A DNA stretch of 58,224 bases, filler included, from Platydemus manokwari (taxonomy: Eukaryota): the NCBI GenBank assembly GCA_037951405.1. It is 5 parts of 5 records of this genome, joined end to end, with 100 filler letters (N's around TTAATTAATTAA, not from the genome) between each part and the next. Parts side by side here need not be neighbours in the genome. Positions count along the whole stretch, not along the records: positions 29,915 to 42,481 come from JBBMOY010077790.1; positions 42,582 to 58,224 come from JBBMOY011264762.1; 3 more parts are not named here. One strand, given 5' to 3'. Shown one piece after another: positions 37,401 to 48,900 of this stretch; position 1 is the stretch's first letter; every line of letters starts with the position of its first letter. The position numbers and the translations under genes are program-made. Under the pieces are notes generated by a model that saw only the letters and a list, made by a program, of their open reading frames with translations, did no database searches and was not told where the DNA came from.

Positions 37401-40061
37401 TCAGAAGTTTAAATCGAAAATTAAAGAATCCGATATATTAAAATTCCTTGTCTATTATAAAAATACTTTTTTGTTAAGCCTATATCTATTACATGTGTCT
37501 CTCATTATAGCACTGCGGTTATATCATCGGTGAAATCCGTGTTGTTTAATCTAACAGAGTTAAACGTTTTTCATATTAATCATTTCAATAGGTAAATAGC
37601 CAATTCTTGCGTTGATTACTAGTTTCGCTTAGCACAGTTTTTCCACAGACTTATCACCTCTTTTATAGAATGGGTAGATTCTACTAGAATTCTTATCAAA
37701 TGTACATATTATTATTTTGTGCTTGAAATGCCTTTAAATTACAATCGGTGTGCGTTCTGAATTTTGTTATTCCATTTGGCGATCCTACACTGTGTGACTG
37801 TTTTGGAATTATATATTTACGTGACTCAGTACTACATTACCAACAAAAAGCACTTTATTTTTCATAGCTCTATTACGGTATTTCTATCGGAAATTGTTGG
37901 TTTGAACTGATAATTTTTTAATTGTCTATCATCTTGTCTGAATAATATTTTAGTAACTGTCACAACAAACTATCAAGTGTGAACAATCAATGTTTTATAT
38001 AATTTTACCAAACTTATCCATCAAATTAGCATTGTGGTTTTGGAGAAGATGTTATTGTAATTCATATTATTAAATTAAATTTTCAAATATTCTTTCCTTC
38101 AATTTATCAGTGTGTTTTAATGGACATTTTCATTTATTCTTCCTGTTGGGAAAGCACTAATTTAACGATTTTTTTCCTTTTTAATTTATCGATTATGATT
38201 TCGTAGAATTCAATTATAAATCCAATACCGATTAAAAACGCAATTCAAAACAAACACCAATATTTGAAATCGTCGGTCAAGGTCAATTGATAAGTGTCGA
38301 ATAATATCGGAAAGCGATTGAGTTCAATCGTCAAACATTTCAAACACAACAACTAAATCGAGGGGAAAATTTTCGTCCAGAGATAAAAGCAAAAATTTCC
38401 AGCAATAATTAATTATTCCAAATGATCACCGCACTACTTGGAAAATAAATTTATTACCAATTCTTCTTGATCTTTACAGATCATAAGGTAATCTCTATCC
38501 AAGGTGAGAATTGTGATATTCGCAAACAACTAGAACATACAAAAGCGTTATTACTGGTCGTCTCAGCCATCAGCTGATACAAGTAGCATCATTGAATAAA
38601 CTCTTTTCTCCAAGGAATTGGTACATTACGTATCATTAGCAAAATGGGGCATTTTTTTTCAAATAGGATTATCCTCACTGAAATTGGTTCCCACAAGGAA
38701 CAGCCACGAAACAGACCCATTATTGGATTAACAAACCTCTTGAGCAAGCGATTCATTCGTAATATACTTACTTTCCACTCAATAACTCATCGTGAAAATA
38801 CCGGGCCTGGTTTTTTTTGTTACCTTTCCATACGATGAACGAACTCACCACATCGAGCGCAATTTCGTACGGGAAATCGAAGAGAACAAGTCTAAAATGG
38901 AAAAGAGAAAATCACTCAGTGTTTTAAAAAAAATTCAGATTAATTTCCCCCCTCATCTTCCACTGTGGAATTTCGAGAAAAAAAACTCATCGCGATTACT
39001 TACAAAAGTATGGTGAACACAATTTTAATTTTGATGATCATTTCATTTCTTCTCAACCCCGATTTTGTTTGAGTGGAATAAATTTTCGATTTTAATACTT
39101 CCGGTTTTGGAAGAAAAGAAATGATAAATTATACTTTAATAGGAAGTATATTTATTAATGATGGAACTTCATAATTACAATACCGATGTCGAGATATGGT
39201 TTTGTTTGTTGGTATCAATTGTAAATTAACGATTATAGCAAATGACAAACCGTGTTCTACTAATCTCGATCGAATATCTTTTAATCATGATAAGGAATTA
39301 AAATTTTCATGTATTTGTACTAAATATTTTATCATAAATTTAAAAAACCTTATTCGGAATGTACTTTCTCATAAATATCAAAAAAATTAAGTTTTATTCT
39401 TCCCAATAAACCATTCATTATAATTTTGTCAAATCCTGTTTGATGTTGAGTTGATAATATTTTAATGGTCACTTAATTAACTTTTTATCTTATCATTAAA
39501 GTTTATAAATGATAATGAAAACTATTTAATGTTATACACTGTAGGCAAGTATGTGGATTTTTTTTTAAAGATTTATAACACTAAATAAGTTTTAAGCCTT
39601 GAAGACTAAACATTGACCATGTGACAAAAATCCTTAGACTTTTAATGAGACACTTCAATTTAAAAATATAATAAATAAATATTAAGGTCACTGTGAAATT
39701 ACGAGTTAATTATAATAAAAATACATTTTAGAATAATGAGTTGATCACAAGTGATGTTACTGGACTTTCCGATAATTAACGATGAACAGTAACTGTGTGA
39801 CATATCGGTTTGTTATAAGTTATAATGCTTAACTTTTTATTTAAAATGTAAACTCGATAATCTCCTTTCATTCAATGCAGCCTTACAGAATATTACTAAT
39901 ATTTTTATAAATCTAGATTTTTGCACTTTTAGCAATTGTCGTTGCATGGATTATATATTTATCATTGTTGTTTTGGCTTCGTTTTTATTCGATGTGTTAA
40001 CATATGAAATAAATCGAAACGAAAAGAACATAGAATGGTAAGCATTTATTGATAATCTCCT

Positions 40062-41081
40062 TCAAAATGGTCTCCAGATCTTTGCTTTTTTGAAATCTTG
40101 CACATCCTTTTTGGAATAGTTCTCCTTTGGCATTGGATACAGCTCTGAGTACGATGTCGCCATTCGAAACGTCGATGCCATCATGAAGAATTGTAACAAC
40201 GTTAAATGTTCTGGCATTTGAAGAGGTAAAGAAGCGATCCAATTATTTCGATGATGATGTAACTGAATAGGTGCAGACATGAAAGGATTCGGTTTGTTAT
40301 TCTGTTCATCTAATTCTGAATGTTTATTTTGTGGTGTTGAAAATTTAAAACCTTCTCAAAATAACCTTTACACATTTCTGGCTCAAGTTTGCTAATATTC
40401 CAAAGATTGGAAAGATCTTCCTGTTCTGAATATTCGTTGGGAAAAAGCGCCGATCCCGATTCTTGAGAATGTCTAAATTGAGGAATTTTCGACGAATCTT
40501 TTGATAAATAAAGATTCCCTTTAATGAGGAATATAATCAATGAAATAAGTAGGTTTTAATCATATTGTTACTGTGTTTATTTCTCGGTTCACGTGGTCCA
40601 TCTACTGTGACTTTGATAGCATTCGAATAGATAGCTACGATCTTCGGATTACAATCGATGTGAATGAAAACGTCGAAATATTTCCCTAAACAAGAGTAAA
40701 TTATCTTTGTCATTTCAATTTTCTGGACTGACCTCGGCCACTACGACTGATAAATCTGAGATCATTGAACCGTGCTTCTCCATTGACCAGTTTCGATTCA
40801 TAATTCCTCAAAACGGCACTGTTTGTCGATTGATTACTCGCTGATAACCATATCCGATAACCGTCACCGATTGGTGAAGGAAGGTTTTGATTCGGACACA
40901 GAATTACTTGAAACAATGATGGAAGTGATTTGTTGGATCGCCAATGTTGAGGTAATTTCGAACAGAAAACCAAAGGATGTGTAGTGGCAATGATTTTGTC
41001 ATTCGACACTGATGAATTAATAGAATTGATAGAATATTTTGAATTGACGAAATCGGTGGTGAAACTTAACCGCTGGCTCAT
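40062..41081 (-). CDS. runx: Runt-domain (Runx) transcription factor, 287 aa, ending in IWRPF
   Basis: Exons (minus strand) 40733-41081, 40572-40685, 40366-40518 and 40062-40309; introns of 47, 53 and 56 nt with matching phases. Runt motifs: CSKLPQHWRSNKSLP, LRN, ARFNDLRFISRSGRGKYF, AIKVTVDGPREPR. C-terminal IWRPF* is a VWRPY-type motif. The start codon is inferred. Confidence 0.93.
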
Positions 41082-41199
41082 AATTGATATTAAAGTATTT
41101 AATCCGTCTATTTTGAGTATAGAATAACTCCCGCAGTGAGGAAAATTAACCAATCAAAAAACGTAAATAGAATTTGAGTAAAGCACACATTCAGATCAT

Positions 41200-41720
41200 T
41201 TTTAATTGGATTATTTCAGGGAAAAGCAGTAGTTAATGTGAATCGGGAATCAGCTGCACCATGACATAGACAATGCGGATCAATTGATGATGACATGAAA
41301 AACACACTGATAAAATGATTATATAATACCACTAACATACCTAAGAGGCGTGGCGAGCAATATATGACGTGTGTCCATTTTCTACACCATTGCTCACAAT
41401 TGAGTTTCAATGGCACAACGATTGAGTAGGCGTCCCGGTAGGTAATGTCTTAATATCAGCGCCCGCCACCCACTATTGGCAGGGTGATTAATTTCCTAGT
41501 CTGTGAAGTAACCATTGAGACCCACCACTAAGTAGCTCTTTGTTATTTTCGCCACTTCAATGATTATCATCATTTGACAATTTTCCGCTGCTTGAATCTG
41601 TTGGACGAAACGTAAAGCATCATTTTTGCAAACTGTCAATCGAATTCGAAAGCATAGCAACGTACCAATGCAATAACACAACACCAAACGGGAATATTGT
41701 CAGCCAGTAGCGACAAAATA
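41200..41720 (-). promoter_or_regulatory. Putative runx promoter / cis-regulatory region
   Basis: Locally GC/CpG-richer stretch with no convincing ORF, immediately 5' of runx. Contains GGCGGGCG and CCAAT (minus strand, about 41460-41480), CAGCTG (41251) and TGACGT (41376). Confidence 0.3.
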
Positions 41721-42481
41721 AAAAACAACAACAACATCTAATTATATATCGGTGACAGGTTTTTTGTAATTATTGGCATCAACTATTTTACCATCACAAC
41801 TTAATTTCATGTTTGCCATTAATTTGCATCGTTTGATCCCCAGATAGAGCAATGTGTCTTACAGGTATTATGTAATGCGTTCATAATATTAATTGGTTTC
41901 ATATTAGATCAATGAAATGATTCTTCAATTATCAAACGTAAATTATGATGACAACTTTATTGATTTGTACTTTCAAATTATTGATTATCGATTATTATTT
42001 ATCAATCAATATTTATCGATTTATGTTTTACTAAAAATAATTCATCAATCAATATTTATTATAATCAGTTATTAATATCGATTATTAAATGAGAACCCGA
42101 AAACTGAAGATTTATGTAGAAGTTTTGGTCCAAATATAATTTGTTGAGCTTTGTAAATAGATATTTGGAATTTCAACCGCATAAATTGAGCTATTTCTTT
42201 CACTGCTTTGCAGTTGGTGATGAGATTATTGGATATATTCGTGTGATGTTTCTGTAATCAGTTCATCACACCTCACCTTTATAGCACACGAGTTGAAAAA
42301 TCATGGACTACTATAGTAAGTTTAATAAGTAGTAATTAATTATATTTACGGTGTTAGCAGAATGAAAACCAATTTTAATTAAAAATCAATGAGTGATTTA
42401 TTTAAATTTTTACACTAAACGTTTGATGATAAAGGGAACATTTATCATCTGGTTTCAAGATCTTGACCGTGGGAAATAAAA

Positions 42482-42581
42482 NNNNNNNNNNNNNNNNNNN
42501 NNNNNNNNNNNNNNNNNNNNNNNNNTTAATTAATTAANNNNNNNNNNNNNNNNNNNNNNNNNNNNNNNNNNNNNNNNNNNN
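42482..42581. other. Artificial contig spacer (44N + TTAATTAATTAA + 44N)
   Basis: Same 100-bp construct as at 9223. Confidence 0.97.
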
Positions 42582-42764
42582 AACATTTTTGTAAAAATGT
42601 GATAATTTAACTAGTATTAAAAGTCATTCTAAATCATTTGAATATCGTATAGATCTTTTGAAGGCGATTTCTATATAATATATAATTTCTATAACCTATA
42701 TCAATCAAAAATTATATATATTAATGTATAAATTTGTTTAATTAATTTGATTTAAAGTAATTTA

Positions 42765-44560
42765 ATGGAGTACAATTTAAACCCTAATAAATTAAAGCTT
42801 TTAAACTTCTCTGGTTGTGAAAATAATAAAGGTATGCATCTAGTTTTTAGGTTTTTTTCATAATTTTTCTTAAATTAATTATTTTCTGCTATTATTAAGT
42901 TTTGTTAATCTATTTTTAATGTTAGAACCAGTAAATGATAATTTGAGTTTCCAAGATAATAATTTAATGGAAACACTAGTTGAAATGTTTCCATTGATAC
43001 CAGAAAATCTGTTTATTCCTCTTCTTGATTTGGAATCGCAGGAGTTGAGTGATGTCATAGTAACATTGTCTTGTAAGGCTGATAATCTCGATATTATGGA
43101 TTATTTAATGCAATTTCCAAATACTTCTAAAAATAATGGTGAATACGATAGTGATAATGTTTCCAACTCTAGTAAAAAAAGTGATGAGGACGAGTTGACA
43201 TCAGTAGATGATGATAAATTATTGGCTAAGTTAGAAGAAGATAACGACAAAGGCTTGGTGCTAGGTAGAACATTTCTGAAGGAAGCTCATAAGTTGTTTG
43301 CCTCAAAGTGTGGATTGGATTACTTGAGTATTGATAGCATGCCTCCGGAAATTACAGAAATGAATTGGCAAGTGCCTGAAGAAATTATGCTTAAAATATA
43401 TCGAGCTTTCTTCGAAGAGCTTGGAATAATCGAAACTCCTAATCAAGTAGATCAAGAAAAAGAAATCAAGCGAAGAAAAGATGAAAACATGACAATGCGA
43501 GAGATACAAGAGCTGGAAGAAGCAATGGCAAATTCTATTGAAATCCATAGAAAAACGATCAGAGATAGTGTTGAGTTGACCTTGCAAATAAACAGCTTGC
43601 AGACAAAATATCCACAAATTTCCAAGGAGGAGCTTGAGCGAGTATTTATTTCGTCCAAGTAATATTTTTTCTTTGTGAAAATTACGATTTTTGACGACGC
43701 TTTTAATAAAATTGATAATCGCGCTCTTTAATATCACCAAGGAACCAGTTCATTTAAACAACATGTTCATTCGATAAACTCCAAATGATTTTTCGTGGAA
43801 ATATTTATCAACTTCTTCTAGTGGAACAACTTTCCTATAAAATCGGTTTCCACGCCATCTCTCATTTCTCGTTGCTAAGCTACAAAAGACTCGCACCATT
43901 TTTAATATTGGAAATGTTTATTGATTAATTTGTATCATTTTATTCAGTATGGACACGAAGGAAACCATTTTGCAACTCTCCGAAGCCGGGTTCGCCAAAC
44001 GTGATTGGGGAGGAAACCCAGGGACATCTCAAAGAAAAGTCTCCGGTCAAGCTTCTCAAGATTGCGTGACGAATGCGATCCAGATCCAGCGATTACAGAA
44101 GCGAATCGATATCGAAATAGGGCGAAGAGAGCACATTCGTAACAGGATTCATCTGACAAAGAAACGAGATTCACAAGTGAAGAGCTATTGGAGAGAAGAG
44201 TTGAGCCATTGCAAGCAACGGTTGATGTGGTATGAAGAACAGAAGGCATTGGCAACAGCTGCTCAACAATCGACCATATATGGCAATCACCATTTAGATT
44301 TACACGGTTTCACTCGAATGTCAGCTCTAGCAGCTGTCACACAACGCATCAAACAATTGACACGCTCGACCACCACCAATCGCAATTCATCTCAATCAAA
44401 TCATCTCATTATCATTTGTGGCCGAGGCTTACACAGTGTTCATGGACGGTCACGGTTAAAGCCTGTCATTCACAATTATTTGATTCAAGAAAATATTAAA
44501 TACACCCAGCCATATGATGGCACATTCCGTGTATCAATTAATCAATTGAAAAATCGATAA
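42765..44560 (+). CDS. Smr-domain protein with two CUE-like motifs (N4BP2/Cue2/NONU-1-like endonuclease), 470 aa predicted
   Basis: Exons 42765-42831, 42926-43658 and 43948-44560 with matching phases. Smr motifs: LDLHGFTRMSALAAV, LIIICGRGLHSVHGRSRLKPVIHNYL, DGTFRV. CUE-like segments: ETLVEMFPLIPENLF and SLQTKYPQISKEELERVFISSNMDTKETILQL. Confidence 0.85.
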
Positions 44561-45906
44561 TATCATTAATATTGATTAATTTGTTTATACTGCAGCATAA
44601 TTTTATCGATTATTTTTATCACCGAGATAGTTTTATTTTTTACAATAAATTATTAATCAGTTATCGATTCGTGTTTTATTGATTTGTTTCCGCGATGAGA
44701 ATAATCAAATGAATTCATTTGGATATATATTCAGCATTTGAAATGTGTGCTTCAATTATAATTGGATGATAATATGTATTAATTTTGATTGGTTGAGATT
44801 CAATTATGAGTATATATATATATATATGATTCGAGTAAATGATCTTTATTGTGGTGAATTTATTATCATGTTTAGAAATACGAGAAATCACTACTACTAA
44901 TTCCAGAACGCACTAAAATCAAAAATAAATATCATCTCTAACAGATATCTTATCGTTGTATTGAACATTTTAGCTACAATTTAGAATGTTCAGTGTAGAA
45001 ACTCGAGTGATAGATTGATTTGTTAATTAAATAATGTTTGTCGACTATCTACAATGTCAATTCATTATTTGGGTTAGGATATTACTATAAACTTGACATA
45101 ATGAAGTTTTATTAAGAAAGATTTACTCAAGATTGATAAAATAATTTAGTAGTTTAATAAAACTTGATATCACTTAAATAAAGGTTTATTAATACAACTC
45201 AGGTTAGTGAGAAGAAAATGAATTATATTATCTCTAGGCCAACCCTTAGATTTATTGTTCGTCAGAAAAAAATTCAAAATTATATTCTTAATCAAAGTTC
45301 ATCTTAGTTCCATGTCTTCTAAAATCTTCAAAAAATTAATGTCAACTAGTTGATTTAATCAAGTGTCTTAATTTATCATCATAGCGATTTTATTTTAATT
45401 TAATTGACAATAGAATCTAAATAAAATTACTTTATCTAACATTTTAAAATATAAATGTCATGCATTGTCCATTAATTGTTAATATATAAAATCACTTCAT
45501 TACATGTTTTTTTACTGAAACAAAATGGATTCAATATTATTTGTAATTTACATGATTTTTAATGGATTTAATCATATTTTGTACCTGATAAATTATTTTA
45601 AAATTTTAATTTAAATTTTGACTATAAATTTAATGCTAATATAATTCAAATGTGGTTATTTTTAGTTAAATTGAGTTTTGTTTGTTTATTTTAATATATT
45701 TTAATTTAAAGCGCAATAATCTTTGTGTAAAATGGAGCTTTGAATAATAATTAATTTTTATTTTCATAATATTAGATTGGCTTTTATATTTTCATTTCTA
45801 AAGTATAATTTTTAGATTTTCTTAATTTCGTTAATTAGTGTAAATTTTTTTATAATAACTGTCGTTATACAATGATTATTACTGATTTGGTTTTTCTAAT
45901 TTTTAG

Positions 45907-48900
45907 ATGAATAATGATGACATACATTTAAATAAAATTAGTCAGCAATTTGGTTGGTTCTACTTTTATAAATTGAATTGATTAGAAATCATTGTTAGAT
46001 TATTCTATGCAAAATTTGAATAATTCAATTACACAGAATGATGATAATTGCATGGAATTATTAGATAAATTGACTTTCGATGACAATTCGTCTAATTTTA
46101 TGCCAAGTTCTTCGAATTCGAATTTATATGTACAAAATAATGTGGAGATTAAGGATGAGGATAAATATTGCCAAGAGATTATGTCGGCATTGGAAAAAAG
46201 TAAATTGTTCATGAAAGACTTTAAAGGTGTTAATTTTTATTCACCGTCAGAAGATTTTAGTCGAATTTTATCTCTTACTATATCGCAATCACCAAATGAA
46301 CATAAAATGGCTTGTTTATTAAATGAAACTATACAAGAAATTGAAAAAAGTTCTAATAAACAAGTCGACAAAAAAATCATCGAGAAATTACATGTATAAT
46401 TTAATAATATTAAATAAAGACGATTGAGAGTGATATTTTAGAGTCTTCTACGTTCACAACCAAAAACGATTGCAACAACACCATTACGAGCCACAGTGGC
46501 ACCAATACGAAATGAATCTATCGTGTGTTCGAGTAGTTCGAATATGTCCAATAATACCGGGTAAGTTTTTCCATTACAATCGAAATGTACAACAGCCGTA
46601 GATTTAGATCAAACAAAACCGTGAAAAATGAAACTGCTCAAGATGATTTCATGTCATTGATAACATCTTCTGATTGTAAATTGCCATCAGGAACAAGAAG
46701 TTTACCAGCAACTCCACCAATATCACAAGTACCAAATCGACCTCTCAGTTCACATTGTGTACCAATTCGAAGCAATGATCAGAGAAAACAACGAGCAGAT
46801 AGTGATATGATAGAGCAGCAGCAGCAGCAACAGCAACAACAGCAGCAGCAACAACAACAACAATTCCCATTTTGCTCATATACAACAACAAATCAACAAC
46901 AACAACAACAACAAACACAACAACAAACACAACAACAGCCATCAATGCAATATTTACCCTTAAATATGTCTCAATTCACTCAATATCCCTCATCATTGAT
47001 GGCTCCTAATATTGTTATTATGCCTATGATGAATTCACCTGATCAACAAGGACCACCTCATGTCACTCATTCAATGGCTCCATCCACCAATTCTGTCATG
47101 TCACAAGCATCGAATCATCAATCTGCTACTGGCAATCCTAATAATCAAATATCTCTCTTGTTGAGTTCTGCTGCATTTTTTAGCATGCCAAATAATAATG
47201 GCAACAATGGCAACACGACAGCAACTGGACAGCAACTCAATAACAACAATCAAACAATCACAACGAGTCATGATGGTGGTATCGGTGGTGGTGGTGGTGC
47301 TGGTATTGGTGGTGGTATTGGTGGTCTGGCAACAATATCTGGCCCACCAATTCGATCACCAGCATTATCAATTGGTGGATCAGGAGGATCTGGTGGATCT
47401 TCATTCTCATCATCATCATCATTCTCATCATCATCATCATCACATGGATCTAATTTACCGAAATTATTACCAAAACCACAACAACCAATGATTATGCCGA
47501 GAACAATGCAATTCCCATCAACAACAACAACATCATTACATCATCAGCATCATCACAATAATAATCCACATCACACCAATCATCATCATCAGCAGCACCA
47601 GCACCAGCAACACCACCACCAGCAGCACCATCAGCATCAAATCCATTCATCAGGATCATCACCATCTCTATCGGCAGCAGCAGCAGCATCATCATCACCA
47701 TCATCATCAATAGCAGCATCTCAACAACAATTCAAACGACCAACCAATAGGAAAACAGCTGTTAAAAATCGATCGACATCATCAAGATCATCAAAAGCTA
47801 CAAAGAAGGAAACATGCAATGTTAATAATGTTAATATCAATAATATGGCCAATCATGCCATCACCAATAGCAACGGCATCACCAATAATAGCAATTCTAT
47901 CAATAATATCAATAATAAAGATAATGTTGCTGTTGCTTGGGAAATTGCTGAACAATCTGGATCAGGAGAAGATGTTGTTCAAGCATCTTTTGTGACGGAT
48001 TTGAATAATGGATCAGATGATTATTGTTTGTTGCAATCCACTGATGGACTTGGAGGATTATTTTGTACGAGTTCTGGTGGTTCTGGTGGTGTGGGTATTG
48101 GTGGTGGTGTCGGTGGTGTTGGCTGTGTTAATGATCAACAGAATAATCATGAATTTGATGAATTGCTTGATGAACTCGTCACTATGAGCTGGGAAATTCA
48201 TCATGGACGAGTTGAAATTGAAGAATCGATTGATGAATCATGTGTTATTCAATTGGAACCAATCAGATTTCATCGAGCCAATCTTGTATCGATTGATGAT
48301 TTCATTGGTTCATTAGCTGTTGCCAAGCAACCGGTGCCGTGTTCGAATAGTGTTGTCGTTGCTAGGCAGCCACCAATCACTGATATCGTATCTGTTCGCT
48401 CTAATGTTGACTCACAACGAGTCATGCAACTACTTTATGCCCATCTTGGTCGACACTCTGCCACATTGTTAAGCCCTTTGCTCAAATGTTTGTTGCCTGC
48501 CACAACGAGTGGTACAGAAAATGCTCCTTTGAATCACCATCATTCAGGACCTTTATCTGTATGCACTCGATTATCGGAACAAGATGAATTGACCGAAGAT
48601 GATTTATTGGCTGATATTAGCCCTGTCAAAAGGGATCCAGCTCAGCTTGCTAATTTGGATCGATTTCTCGAGAGTTGTCAATCGATAAGTCCATGTAGCA
48701 GTTTACAGGACTATGAAGAGCCATTATTCGAAGAAAATAAGCTCCTGTTACCATTTCAGGCTGGTTATGAAGAATCATTAACATTGCAAGATTTCTGCAA
48801 TAATCGTACCGATAATGTTGTGCCATGGTTACGCAAGAGCAAGCAAAGGAGTAAATGGGCATTGAATGGAACAATTGTTCGATGTAGCAAAGCTCTTGAG

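Noticed and set aside
39997-40242. 81-aa alternate-frame ORF overlapping runx exon 4
   Set aside because: Splice phase selects the other frame, which ends in the IWRPF motif.
9223-42581. Repeated TTAATTAATTAA palindrome as a biological repeat or recombination site
   Set aside because: It is always centred in exactly 44+44 Ns, so it is a six-frame-stop assembly linker.
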